64,000 nt of DNA from Glaciecola sp. (lineage in GTDB: Bacteria; Pseudomonadota; Gammaproteobacteria; Pseudomonadales; Pseudohongiellaceae): contig JBLHVT010000005.1 of NCBI GenBank assembly GCA_047628735.1, positions 1,426 to 65,425 on the forward strand, in the 5' to 3' direction. Numbering within the stretch: the first letter of the stretch is position 1; every line of letters begins with the position of its first letter. Shown here piece by piece: positions 38,177 through 47,907 of this stretch. A program made the translations under genes and the position numbers. The notes under the pieces were generated by a model that searched no databases, was not told the DNA's origin, and saw only the letters and a program-made list of their open reading frames with translations.

Positions 38177-38242
38177 TGGTGATACCTCAAATGTACCGTT
38201 AATCAAATTTAGACCAATTTAACGTTGGACTATCTTATACAT

Positions 38243-38258
38243 AGCAGTTGCCGTGCCA
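38243..38258 (-). promoter_or_regulatory. Sigma-54 (-24/-12) promoter of pspABC
   Basis: The minus strand reads TGGCACGGCAACTGCT against the consensus TGGCACG-N4-TTGCW. The GG and GC are 12 nt apart, as required. It lies about 65 nt upstream of the pspA ATG and divergent from pspF. Confidence 0.85.
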
Positions 38259-38443
38259 AGTTTTTAAAATTCCTTAACTCACTGAAAATATTAAAGATTA
38301 AACTTCCGCATTGAACTTTTAATTTGCTCTGATAGCTAAAAAACCCAACAAGTGGTAATTTTGACTACTCGTGAATGTGGCCTTGTAGATAATTGTCTAA
38401 ACTGCTTGTTGTCGCATTTTTATAGTTTACGCAGATGATTTAA

Positions 38444-39499
38444 ATGACAATTATGGTTAATCAAAACTCAGCACCTAGAATGATAGGTGAATCCTCTTGT
38501 TTTCTTGAGATGCAGGAGCATATTTCTCTTGTGGCGCCTTTGAATAAGCCGGTGCTTATTGTCGGTGAGCGGGGAACTGGCAAGGAATTGATCGCGGCTA
38601 GGCTGCATTTTCTATCCCAACGCTGGGAAGGCAGCTTTCTAAAGATTAACTGCGCTGCGATGAGTGAAACACTACTGGAGGCGCAGCTTTTCGGCCATGA
38701 AGCCGGCGCCTACACAGGCGCTACCAAGCAGCGCAAAGGATATTTTGAAAGAGCTCATGGGGGCACCTTATTTCTTGATGAGTTGGCGAACACGGACCTG
38801 TCAGTACAGGAAAAAATCCTTCGCGTTATTGAGTATGGCGAGTTCGAGCGTTTAGGTGGCAATGAAACTATTCAGGTAGATGTCAGAATTGTTGCGGCGA
38901 CTAATGAGGATTTGCCGGATCTTGCCAGGCAACATCGTTTTAGGGAAGACCTTTTGGACCGATTGGCATTCGATGTTGTGACGTTGCCGCCGCTTAGAGA
39001 GCGAGGTGAGGATATATTAATACTGGCAGAGCATTTTGCGGTGGGCATGGTAAAAGAAATCGGGGGTGATTTTTTCTCAGGATTTTCGGATAAAGTAGCT
39101 AAATCTTTGTGTAGTTATTCTTGGCCAGGCAATATACGCGAGCTCAAAAATGTCATAGAGCGCGCGGTATATCAGAATACCGGAGGCAGTATTACGAGGC
39201 TGGTTTTTAATCCTTTTGATTCTCCTTATCGACTTAGCAATAGGATGCCAAGCAGTAGGGTCGAGTCCTCTGTCAGTGCTAACGAGGAACACAGCAACAA
39301 GGCGAGTGTTCAGTTGGCTCGAGATATTGACCAAGGGACTACGATAGACTTCAAAACTGAAGTTCAGGATTTTGAAATAGGCTTGCTTAAGCAGGCAATG
39401 GAGCAAAGTCAGTTTAATCAGAAGAAAGCCGCTGAAACTTTGGGACTAAGCTATCATCAGCTTCGGGGCTATTTGCGAAAATATGAATTACTTAGCTGA
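38444..39499 (+). CDS. pspF: Sigma-54-dependent transcriptional activator PspF (AAA+ domain plus HTH, no receiver domain)
   Basis: Supporting motifs are Walker A GERGTGKE, GAYTGA (GAFTGA-type loop), the Walker B region TLFLDEL and ATNEDL. The C-terminal KKAAETLGLSYHQLRGYLRKY is the HTH. It is divergent from pspA. Confidence 0.9.
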   Translation: MTIMVNQNSAPRMIGESSCFLEMQEHISLVAPLNKPVLIVGERGTGKELIAARLHFLSQRWEGSFLKINCAAMSETLLEAQLFGHEAGAYTGATKQRKGYFERAHGGTLFLDELANTDLSVQEKILRVIEYGEFERLGGNETIQVDVRIVAATNEDLPDLARQHRFREDLLDRLAFDVVTLPPLRERGEDILILAEHFAVGMVKEIGGDFFSGFSDKVAKSLCSYSWPGNIRELKNVIERAVYQNTGGSITRLVFNPFDSPYRLSNRMPSSRVESSVSANEEHSNKASVQLARDIDQGTTIDFKTEVQDFEIGLLKQAMEQSQFNQKKAAETLGLSYHQLRGYLRKYELLS

Positions 39500-39545
39500 G
39501 CTAATTACTATCTGTGTAGAGCAGAAAAAACGCTTAGAAAACAAC

Positions 39546-39579
39546 ATAAAAAAGGGGAGACTTAGCCTCCCTTTTTTTA
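39546..39579. terminator. Bidirectional rho-independent terminator between pspF and the convergent hydrolase gene
   Basis: aaaaaaGGGAGacttagcCTCCCttttttt has a GC core stem, a 7-nt loop, an A-run on the left and a T-run on the right. Confidence 0.6.
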
Positions 39580-39607
39580 TGTTCACAATTTTAACTACTG
39601 CATAACC

Positions 39608-40855
39608 CTAGTCCATCATTGCGTCATAGATGACACGCTGGGCCGCATTGTTATCAAAAGGCGCTTGTGGTCCGCCCCATTTTTGTTCCATATAGATAAG
39701 GTAAAAATCATTTTCACGATCAACCGCAAATAAAGTGCCGCCTATACCACGCCAGCCAAAATTGTGCGGACCTTCGGCGCTGTCAGTTGTAGGCTGAAGG
39801 TGAAAACCGAGTCCCCAATCACCCTGTTGGCCAAAGAAATAGAATTCGCGAGAGACGTCCTCACCCATAGTCTTTGTTGTCATCAACTCCAGAGTTGATT
39901 CGTCAATAACCCTTTCACCTCGATACTCGCCGCCATTTAATAGCATCTCGGCGAAGCGCACATAGTCCTCGGTAGTGGAATTCAATCCACCACCGCCCGA
40001 AAGCATGGTCCTTGGAATGGTATTATCTTGCATTGCATCACCGTAAATTGGTTCTGCGATTCGGCTGCTTTTGCTTTTAGGAACCCAGAATGTAGTTTCA
40101 TCCATTCCTAGTGGTTGGAAAATACGCTCAGCTAAGACTAAGTCTAAAGTATTGCCGCCGGCCACTTCTAACACCGCGCCTAGCACGTCTGTTGAATGGC
40201 CATAGTGCCATGCTGTGCCGGGCTCAAAATAAACCGGAAGCTTGCCAATGCGTGCTGCGAACTGTTGTGCAGTTAATTCACCAGCAAGATTGCTTTGATA
40301 CATTTTTCCTAAGTCGCTGTCAGGAGAGAAGATCGCTTGGATCAGGCCTGATTCATGAGTCAATAGATTCTCAATAGTCATGACATTTTTAGCCGCACTT
40401 ATGTCGCCAGTTTCGCGATCAATGATTTGCAGATCGCCAAACTCTGGAATGAATTTGCTAACTGGGTCGTCAAGATTGATCATCCCATCTTCAACCATTG
40501 TCATGATTGCCACACTTATAATTGGCTTGGTCATTGAATAGATTCGGAAAATTGTCTGCTCGTCTACCGGCGTAGCCTTGTCTTTTTCTTGAGTGCCAAC
40601 TGATTCTAAGAAACCAACGCCATCTGAGCTTCCAACCATGAGTAAGGCGCCGGGAATAAAACCGCCGTCAACAGCTGCTTGCATTTGCTGGCGAATTTCA
40701 GAGATTTCGCTGCTATCGATACCGAATTTTTCAGAGTCAATTCGAACGATTGAGCTAGGGTTGGCTTCATCGTGATGGTCTGCGAAGGCTGTGGCCGTCA
40801 AATAGAGCGCGCTAACTAGACCGCTTACGATTTTTAGTGTTGAACTTTTAGTCAT
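39608..40855 (-). CDS. Secreted serine hydrolase of the beta-lactamase fold (class C / esterase-like)
   Basis: It has a signal peptide, the SxxK motif in YSMTKPI, and YGHSTD (the Y-x-N/S region). Confidence 0.85.
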   Translation of the reverse strand: MTKSSTLKIVSGLVSALYLTATAFADHHDEANPSSIVRIDSEKFGIDSSEISEIRQQMQAAVDGGFIPGALLMVGSSDGVGFLESVGTQEKDKATPVDEQTIFRIYSMTKPIISVAIMTMVEDGMINLDDPVSKFIPEFGDLQIIDRETGDISAAKNVMTIENLLTHESGLIQAIFSPDSDLGKMYQSNLAGELTAQQFAARIGKLPVYFEPGTAWHYGHSTDVLGAVLEVAGGNTLDLVLAERIFQPLGMDETTFWVPKSKSSRIAEPIYGDAMQDNTIPRTMLSGGGGLNSTTEDYVRFAEMLLNGGEYRGERVIDESTLELMTTKTMGEDVSREFYFFGQQGDWGLGFHLQPTTDSAEGPHNFGWRGIGGTLFAVDRENDFYLIYMEQKWGGPQAPFDNNAAQRVIYDAMMD

Positions 40856-41059
40856 CTGGCTATCCTCTCATCGATACTTGCAATCGATAGCTTTCGGTTT
40901 TTATTAACGAGGGTTTTCGTTTTAGACGAGGGAGTCTAACTTAATAAAAAACGCCTCACAACTTGATTGCGTCAGGGCAATTTTTGGTGGTTGTGGCGCG
41001 GACTTATAGCCTAATCTAGGTCGTGCAGCAGAGATTTAGAAATTGCATCTGACAGCGTA

Positions 41060-41437
41060 TCAATGCGGTGTTGATAGTTCAAATATCACTGTGATGTAAC
41101 AAACAGGGCTAGCTTTAGCGGCAGCTATCGTGTCAGCTGAAAACTCGAATCGAAAAAAATGCTCCGCGGAGTTCCTCTTCCCACTAAACTGTGGCGGGTC
41201 TTCGTTGGCTAAGGCGAAAACAGGGTCCATATTCTCTATTTAAATTGAGATAATGTCCTCAATGCCGATAAGTTGGCCCTGTCGTTCTCTGAGCTGTGCC
41301 CCGGCAGGGAATTTAAGCATGCAGGTGGCCTTCAAGTTTTCCTTATCGGGTATAAGCGGGTTATAAGCTTCTAATGCTCCAAAATTGCTTGGCGGATCGC
41401 TGGCCTCTGTGCTTTGTAGGTTTCTGGGGTTAGCAAA
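41060..41437 (-). pseudogene. DUF3501-family gene remnant, last gene of a decayed rubrerythrin operon
   Basis: The minus-strand translation is ..ALEAYNPLIPDKENLKATCMLKFP..LIGIEDIISI*IENMDPVFALANED..KRNSAEHFFRFEFSADTIAAAKA. It reproduces the DUF3501 signatures AYNPLIPDG.N.KATFM and HF.RFE.....I.A.K. It is interrupted by an in-frame TAA and lacks a normal N-terminus. Confidence 0.65.
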
Positions 41438-41567
41438 TCAGCTGTCGTTACTTGCTTTATTATTGGACCTTAATCTGTGGCGCTGCTGTTGCTTTCATAG
41501 CACCGGCGCCAATTTGTGATTATGAAATATTGTAGGTAAGAAAAAGTAGGTAGATGGAATGCACTAA

Positions 41568-42130
41568 CTAGCCTAGTTGGTATCGATATTGTTCTCGGTA
41601 TGTTTTCCTGCCTGCCACCAAACGATCGCTGCCATAGTAATCGGGATTATGTTGTTCTATTTGAGGGACAATAGATTTGACAATGTTATTGGCGAATTCT
41701 AAGGTTTCTTTTTTTACGCCATGAGCGCCGCCATGCCCTTCACAGTGATCAATTTTTTGGCTGAAGTGCCGGGAATAAGCTCTATGATTTGTTTTGTCTT
41801 GGGGCAAATATTCAGAGCTCTTTGGTGGCAAGCAACGTGATAACCGACACTGGCTAGCGATGCTTGAAAATCTAAGTTTAAGCGGGTTTCTTAGTGTACT
41901 TTTGCAAGCATTCGAAAGGGCCAGAAAAAGCTTTGGCAACCCCTAGTACCTCTTCGTCGTCAGGAATCATTAAAGCCATTTCTTGTTCGAGCATGAGAAT
42001 TCAAGACGGGCTTGCAGCTATGATTACATTGCCTCATCGTGATGATGGTACAGTGATAAAACTGCGGTGAAATTAGTGTCGTAATAATCACTGTCTACCG
42101 CTTGATTAGGCGCTATGCCGTAAGCGTTGC
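41568..42130 (-). pseudogene. Probable remnant of the Fe-S (CCG-domain, HdrD/GlcF-like) oxidoreductase gene that normally sits between rubrerythrin and DUF3501
   Basis: The 123-aa ORF ends with IDHCEGHGGAHGVKKETLEFANNIVKSIVPQIEQHNPDYYGSD. This resembles a CCG cysteine-rich domain (..CCG.GG..G.K.E....S......I......D....D), but CCG has degraded to CEG. Only about 0.56 kb remains where I would expect a much larger Fe-S protein gene. The neighbouring frames are broken. Confidence 0.4.
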
Positions 42131-42133
42131 TTG

Positions 42134-42550
42134 TTAGTCATCTAAAGCATCGAGTGCTTTCTAAAAGCGACTGGCGAGAGAGCGTTCTGCTTTTGCGAAT
42201 GTTTCCACTCAATCAGAAATCTTGTCAAAACCCTCATCACGAGCATCTTTTGCCATGCCAAGGTACCTATCAGTGCATTCGTGAGCTTTACCGGCAACAG
42301 CGGACGTCAATTGTCTGATGTTAAGCCTATTGCTATGCCCGTCGCGGGATCGCCTAGTTCTTCGAGATACACAAGGTGGCTATGCGCATGTCCAGTTTCC
42401 CCTTACGCAGTAGAGCGGAAAAAGCCGATACGTCGTTGTAAGCTTCAATTTTCGCGTACTGGGCGAAGTATGGATAGCGACGATTCGCCTGAGACTCGCC
42501 GGCAAAAGTTGCCTTCAAATTGTTTGCGTCTTGAATCCTTTTTGCGACAT
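42134..42550 (-). pseudogene. Rubrerythrin pseudogene with multiple frameshifts and nonsense codons
   Basis: The minus-strand pieces come in three different frames:
- MSQKGFKTQTI*
- NLKATFAGESQANRRYPYFAQYAKIEAYNDVSAF
- TA*GETGHAHSHLVYLEELGDPATGIAIGLTSDN*
- LTSAVAGKAHECTDRYLGMAKDARDEGFDKISD*VETFAKAERSLASRF*KALDALDD*
Together they span a complete rubrerythrin of about 139 codons (AFAGESQA.NRY, EGETGHAH.HL, YPGMAK.ARDEGF..IADWFE.LAKAE). The gene carries at least 3 frameshifts and 3 premature stops. Confidence 0.85.
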
Positions 42551-42711
42551 TTAAACTGCCCTATTATGATTATCAAATGATCATTGATCTGCATGAGCTT
42601 GAGATAAGCTGGAATGCCCGATGCTTGATACCGACTGTACCCTCCTTTGTGATCAAATCTAATTGATTTTTTTAATGCCTTAATCGGCTTTATCCATTAC
42701 CATATTTAGCT

Positions 42712-43605
42712 ATGATCCCAAGTATAAAGCAGCTCAAATACATTTGTGCCGTCGCTGAGCATCGGCATTTTAGCAAAGCAGCAGAAGCCTGTTTTGTGAC
42801 TCAATCTACCTTAAGTGCGTCCATTCAGGATCTTGAATCGCAGTTAGATGCGGTGATTTTTGAGCGTAATAAAAAAAGTGTATTGATTACGCCTCTTGGT
42901 GAACGACTGCTTCAGCAGGCTAGGGTGGTGTTGGGTGACGTCGAGGACTTCATCTCAATAGCACACTCCCATGATGAAGCGCTGGCAGGTGAGATTCGGC
43001 TCGGTGTAATTCCAACCATTGGACCTTTTTTGCTGCCCTCTTTGTTATCTGAGCTGCGCAAGCAATACACCAAATTAAAGCTCTATCTACGCGAGGACAT
43101 GAGTGCAGACCTGGTTCAACGTTTGCAGCAAGGCAAGCTTGATGTAATTCTTCTCGCCTTTCCTTACCCGCTGCCTGAAATAGAAACCGTGAGTTTATTT
43201 AAGGACGAATTTCTACTGTGTCTGCCGCCCGGTCACCCATTAGAGAAAGCCAAGCAAGTTAAGCAGCAACAACTGCGCGGTGAAAGTCTGTTGCTTTTAG
43301 AAGAAGGACATTGTTTACGGGATCATGCCTTGGAGGCATGCAAACTAGAAAAAGCTGAAACCGATATTGTGTATCAGGGCAACAGCTTGCATACCTTGGT
43401 GCAAATGGTAGCCAATGGGTTAGGGGTGACATTATTGCCGGCAGTTTCTATTACAGGCGGTGTATTAGGGAATACCCAGCTTCAACTTAAGTCTTTTGGG
43501 AGCGAAAATGTGTCCCGTGAGATAGGCATGGCATGGCGAAAATCTGACCCTCGCAGAGAGGAGTATATGCTGTTAGCAGATTTCATCCGCAGCCGCTGGG
43601 CGTAG
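42712..43605 (+). CDS. oxyR: LysR-family hydrogen peroxide-inducible activator OxyR
   Basis: The N-terminal HTH is LKYICAVAEHRHFSKAAEACFVTQSTLSASIQDLE. LLLLEEGHCLRDHALEAC preserves both redox cysteines of E. coli OxyR (the C199 and C208 context GHCLRD...C). TLVQMVANGLGVTLLP also matches. Confidence 0.85.
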   Translation: MIPSIKQLKYICAVAEHRHFSKAAEACFVTQSTLSASIQDLESQLDAVIFERNKKSVLITPLGERLLQQARVVLGDVEDFISIAHSHDEALAGEIRLGVIPTIGPFLLPSLLSELRKQYTKLKLYLREDMSADLVQRLQQGKLDVILLAFPYPLPEIETVSLFKDEFLLCLPPGHPLEKAKQVKQQQLRGESLLLLEEGHCLRDHALEACKLEKAETDIVYQGNSLHTLVQMVANGLGVTLLPAVSITGGVLGNTQLQLKSFGSENVSREIGMAWRKSDPRREEYMLLADFIRSRWA

Positions 43606-43973
43606 CCTGAGTAATTTAGGCAACCGTTTGGCTTTACAGCAGGCACCGCTCAAGCCTCTCGGTAACCGGTTGTTAGCGCACGTGTGAGACAGCCAATATT
43701 CACTATCTCCAAATGCTTGCAACATAAAATCATTATAAAACGGCTCTCATCAATTGCATCTGGCAGCTTGATCAGCACGAGTCAGCGAGCTTAAGGATAT
43801 TGCGTGAATTTAACGATAATGCACGGACCTCAGGTAAAAGTAGGAATATCTTGAGCCCATACAGAGCAGCGCTTGATTCCATTTAGCTAGTTTTTAAGAA
43901 CAAATTCTGGGTAGGATTGTTAATTTTCAGCATATCTAGTTTAGGCGAAGATAAGGATTAGGCGACAGGATTT

Positions 43974-44753
43974 ATGCGGTTTTTTGCTTTATCAGACATA
44001 CATGTTGATTACTCGGAAAATTTAAATTGGGTTGAGGCAATTGACAGCGATGCGTATCGAGACGATGTGCTTATCCTAGCAGGCGACGCCACTGATGATC
44101 TAGCATTGCTTAGCCGCATACTCGAAGGGCTTCGGCTTAAATTTGGCAGTGTATTGTTCGTTCCAGGAAATCACGAGCTTTGGCTTCGGAAAGAGGATGT
44201 GGATTGTTCGTTAGAGAAGTTTAAGGTCATCAGAAATCTTTGTGAAAGCTTAGGCGTGGAGACCGAGGTAACTCATTTCGGCGAGGTAAGTGTTGTCCCT
44301 TTGTATAGCTGGTATGATTTTTCATTTGGCCAGCCAGGTCGTCATCTGCTTAGAGCCTGGCGGGATTTTCGCGAATGTCGCTGGCCGGAGTATTTGGACG
44401 GGGCGGAAGCTATCAGTAACCATTTTTTGGCGATGAATACGGGCAGGCTATTGGTGAGTAATCGCAAGGTTATCAGTTTCTCTCATTTTATGCCCCGAAT
44501 CGATCTGATGCCGGAGCGAATTCCAGAGAAAAGGCGAATGGTTTATCCTGTGCTAGGCAGTGAGTCTTTAGGTCAGCAGGTATCCCAATTAAATCCAGAT
44601 ATACATATCTATGGGCACAGTCATGTCAATCGCGATATCAAAATTGATGACATTTGTTATGTGAATAACGCGTTTGCCTACCCGAGTGAGGAAGGCATTT
44701 CTCGTAAAAAATTACATTGTGTTCTTGATACAAACAACGATCTTTCAACATGA
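43974..44753 (+). CDS. Calcineurin-like metallophosphoesterase
   Basis: Supporting motifs are FALSDIHVDY, LILAGDATDD, VPGNHELW and IYGHSHV. Confidence 0.8.
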   Translation: MRFFALSDIHVDYSENLNWVEAIDSDAYRDDVLILAGDATDDLALLSRILEGLRLKFGSVLFVPGNHELWLRKEDVDCSLEKFKVIRNLCESLGVETEVTHFGEVSVVPLYSWYDFSFGQPGRHLLRAWRDFRECRWPEYLDGAEAISNHFLAMNTGRLLVSNRKVISFSHFMPRIDLMPERIPEKRRMVYPVLGSESLGQQVSQLNPDIHIYGHSHVNRDIKIDDICYVNNAFAYPSEEGISRKKLHCVLDTNNDLST

Positions 44754-45541
44754 AGCTTGATCCACAACATATTGATCTTTGGTTCGTCAACATTGAGGAT
44801 TTCTCTTACGAGGAATTGCTTTCGCTTACCTCGGGATGGTTGTCCAAGCAGGACCTTCAGCGAGTTGAGCGTTACCAGTTTCTAGAACATAAGCAACAGC
44901 TTTTGATGGGACGTTACTTAATACGCACAGTCCTCTCCCGTTATGGCCAACTTTCAGCTGGTGATTGGCGTTTTGAAAATAACGAATACGGCAAGCCTTT
45001 TATAGCGTCGGCGCTGCTTGATGAAATGGTTGAACCACTTTTTTTTAACCTTTCTCATTCCCAAAATAAATTAGTTTTAGCTGTCGCTCGGCACGAATTT
45101 TTGGGGGTAGACATCGAGTATGGCTTAAAACCTAGGCGAGTGGAGAAAATAGCCAATCGGTATTTTTCAAATTCCGAAATCGAAGGTTTTAGTGGGCTAG
45201 AAAAGTCCCAAATGCAGAAAAGGTTTTATGACCTGTGGTCTTTAAAAGAAGCTTATATCAAAGCCTGCGGAATGGGGCTTGCAATTCCTTTGAATCATTT
45301 TTCATTTAGCTTTAAAAATGAGAGAAAAGTTGAAATAAAATTCCATAAAGAAAGGCCAGATGACTCAGCGCTCTGGCAGTTCTGGAATATTGAATCAGAA
45401 CCCGGGTATCATCTGTCTCTGGCTGTGAAAAGCCTTAAGCTGGATGGGTTTTCCGCGACTAAGATTTCCAGTTTTTATCAGCTCAAATCCGCAGGAGAGT
45501 TGGTTAGCAAGCAATTCACTTTGCGTGCGACTAGTCATTAA
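44750..45541 (+). CDS. 4'-phosphopantetheinyl transferase, Sfp/EntD type
   Basis: Supporting motifs are FNLSHSQNKLVLAV, GVDIE and WSLKEAYIKACGMG (W/F-x-x-KE-A/S-x-x-K). An ATGA overlap links it to the phosphoesterase gene. Confidence 0.9.
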   Translation: MKLDPQHIDLWFVNIEDFSYEELLSLTSGWLSKQDLQRVERYQFLEHKQQLLMGRYLIRTVLSRYGQLSAGDWRFENNEYGKPFIASALLDEMVEPLFFNLSHSQNKLVLAVARHEFLGVDIEYGLKPRRVEKIANRYFSNSEIEGFSGLEKSQMQKRFYDLWSLKEAYIKACGMGLAIPLNHFSFSFKNERKVEIKFHKERPDDSALWQFWNIESEPGYHLSLAVKSLKLDGFSATKISSFYQLKSAGELVSKQFTLRATSH

Positions 45542-46826
45542 CGTTAGAACAATCTTCATCTACGCTGCGTTCCCACATCCTTACAGTCCGGATCACGTTG
45601 TCTTTAATCTGCACAATTTCTGCGTAATATCCCTCTAATTCAATGCCCACAGAAGAGTCTGGAATTGATTCCAGAATTTCTGTTAACAAGCCGTTTAAGG
45701 TTTTGGCGCCTGTGCTGTCTAACTCCCATGACAGAATGCGGTTAATATCTCGAATGCTACTAGAGCCGTCAATCAAATAGCTGCCGTCATCTTGGGCGTG
45801 AATATCTTTGTTGCTGTCTGCCATGTCAGTGGTGAATTCGCCGACAATTTCTTCCAAAATATCTTCAAGTGTGACGATACCTTTTACTGCGCCGTATTCG
45901 TCTACGACTACCGCCATACGAAGCTTTCGGCTTTGAAAATTCACCAGCTGTGTATGCAAAGGCGTACTTTCCGGAATAAAATAGGGTTCTGATGTCTCTT
46001 GGATTATGGCTGCTTTGTTTATTTTTTCGACGCGCAGCAGGCGGCCTACGCTGCGTAAGTGGAGAACTCCAACTATATTGTCTATGTTGTCTCGGTAGAC
46101 GGGAATTCGAGTGTGCTGGCTAGTGCCAATTTGGTCGAGTATTCCATCAATATCATCTTCTATGTCAATGCCAGCAATTTCATTTCTTGGGACTAGTATA
46201 TCATTGACAGTCACTTTCTCGAGATCAAGAATATTAAGTAACATCCCTTGATGTTGCACGGGTATGCGATCACTGGACTCATGAACAACGCTGCGCAACT
46301 CTTCCTGAGAAAGGGCCTGATGACTTTGGTCAGCGTCATGTTTAAAACCGAGAAGACGAACTAGGGCATTGGAGAAAAAATTCACTGACCAAACAACAGG
46401 GTACAAAACTTTTAATAATAAACCCAAAAGCACGCTGGATGGATAGGCGATTTTTTCAGGGTACAGGGCAGCTATGGTTTTTGGAGTAACTTCAGCAAAA
46501 ATGAGAACAATCAAGGTTAGTACAATAGCTGTTGCGATAGGCGCGGGCTCCCCGACCACGGCTATTGCTATTGACGTCGCTATTGATGCGGCTAAAAAAT
46601 TAACAAAGTTGTTGCCAATCAGGATTATGCCAATAAGCTTGTCAGGGGTTTCTAGGAGTTTGCTAGCCCTAACAGCGCCTGGGTGGTTATTGCGTTTTAG
46701 ATGATTAAGGCGATAGCGGTTGAGACTCATCATGCTCGTTTCCGAGCTTGAAAAATAGGCAGAGGCCACTATTAAAGACACAAAGGCAATGAGTAAAAAC
46801 GATAACGAAGAGTCGTCTGGGTTCAT
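45531..46826 (-). CDS. CNNM/HlyC-CorC family transporter-associated protein (DUF21, CBS pair, CorC_HlyC domain)
   Basis: It has four N-terminal TM helices with SSSETSMMSLNRYRL, a CBS pair, and the C-terminal DDGSYLIDGSSSIRDINR...GYYAEIVQIKDNVIRTVRM. Confidence 0.9.
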   Translation of the reverse strand: MNPDDSSLSFLLIAFVSLIVASAYFSSSETSMMSLNRYRLNHLKRNNHPGAVRASKLLETPDKLIGIILIGNNFVNFLAASIATSIAIAVVGEPAPIATAIVLTLIVLIFAEVTPKTIAALYPEKIAYPSSVLLGLLLKVLYPVVWSVNFFSNALVRLLGFKHDADQSHQALSQEELRSVVHESSDRIPVQHQGMLLNILDLEKVTVNDILVPRNEIAGIDIEDDIDGILDQIGTSQHTRIPVYRDNIDNIVGVLHLRSVGRLLRVEKINKAAIIQETSEPYFIPESTPLHTQLVNFQSRKLRMAVVVDEYGAVKGIVTLEDILEEIVGEFTTDMADSNKDIHAQDDGSYLIDGSSSIRDINRILSWELDSTGAKTLNGLLTEILESIPDSSVGIELEGYYAEIVQIKDNVIRTVRMWERSVDEDCSNVND

Positions 46827-46907
46827 AGTTGGATTTTAGTTTGGTTTCAGTTGGATTAAAGTTTAGTTAAGTTAAGTCAAGGACCGGCAATGGTTTGCTC
46901 AGCTAGG

Positions 46908-47705
46908 CTAGCCGAGCATGAATTCTAGGGCGAATTTTGATCCATAAAATCCAAGGATAAGCAGCGTAAAGCCGATGAGGGTTCCGCGAATGGCGGTCAT
47001 TCCTCGCCAGCCTAGTTGGTGTCGTCCCCACAGTAATACGGCAAACACTATCCATGCTAGAACAGAAAAGAAAGTTTTATGAATGACACCGTCACGTCCC
47101 AAGACATCGTCGATAAAAATAGCTCCGGCTACGATGCCTAGGCTAAGTAATAGTTGACCCACAACAAGCAGCTCGAACAAAAAGGCTTCCATGTCTTGCA
47201 GGGGCGGCAGCTTAGCAATAATCCCTCCTAATTTGCCATGCTTTAGCTGGTAATTTTGGTACGCGAGAAAGCCAGCTTGCAGAGCGGCGATGGAGATAAA
47301 GCTATAGGCTAAGATCGATAGAATGACATGACTTGCAAGGCCGAAACTCATGTTGATGGGAGGGAAGTTGCTGCTCACTGTAAGTGAGGCGATGATCGAC
47401 AATATCGCCAATGGAAATAAGCCTAGAAATAAATTATCCAGCGGTTTAGCGAAGCTGCTGATCAGCACCAACAAAGATATTGAAACGGTAATAAGCGTGC
47501 TGATTTCTGAAATTCCGAAGTGATAGCCGCTAGGTGTGTAGATGACGCCATAGGCGCTAATCGCATGAGCGATGACGGCAATTAGCCCAAATGTGAATAC
47601 TCGGCGCCGAGATTCTTTGTTTTTGGATAGGCTACGCACTTGAAATGCGGTGCCGGCTAAATAAAAAAGTACCGCGCAAAGGCCTGAGATTACTGTAAAT
47701 TGCAT
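46908..47705 (-). CDS. ypjD: Inner membrane protein of the cytochrome c assembly (CcsA/YpjD) family
   Basis: It is an eight-TM protein. It sits between ffh and the CorC-family gene, as YpjD does in enterobacteria and pseudomonads. Confidence 0.7.
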   Translation of the reverse strand: MQFTVISGLCAVLFYLAGTAFQVRSLSKNKESRRRVFTFGLIAVIAHAISAYGVIYTPSGYHFGISEISTLITVSISLLVLISSFAKPLDNLFLGLFPLAILSIIASLTVSSNFPPINMSFGLASHVILSILAYSFISIAALQAGFLAYQNYQLKHGKLGGIIAKLPPLQDMEAFLFELLVVGQLLLSLGIVAGAIFIDDVLGRDGVIHKTFFSVLAWIVFAVLLWGRHQLGWRGMTAIRGTLIGFTLLILGFYGSKFALEFMLG

Positions 47706-47907
47706 GTTATGGTGTCAATATAGTGTTGAATAGTGTCTAAAATCTAGGAAATGTTTCTGTATTCTAAGGGTGAAAGTGCCCGTATCAGGTTAAGAAAGTT
47801 TCGCATAACTACTCTAGTGGTTGAAGTTCTTTTTTATACTGCCTCAGATTCGCTATAATCTCACGCTTCTTTAGTGCGCGCATAATTCTTAAAGGTGGTA
47901 GTCAGTA

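Noticed and set aside
41568-41939. The 123-aa ORF in the track, considered as a real hypothetical protein gene.
   Set aside because: Its only recognisable segment is a degraded CCG-domain fragment. It sits between two clear pseudogenes of the same operon, so I treat it as part of the decayed Fe-S gene.
42127-42580. Plus-strand ORFs 42127-42318 and 42281-42580.
   Set aside because: They are antisense to the rubrerythrin pseudogene, whose minus-strand translation matches the family motif by motif.
45531-45541. An 11-nt overlap of the convergent 3' ends of the PPTase and CorC-family genes.
   Set aside because: This is a real but trivial consequence of compact gene packing. I have no evidence of antisense regulation.
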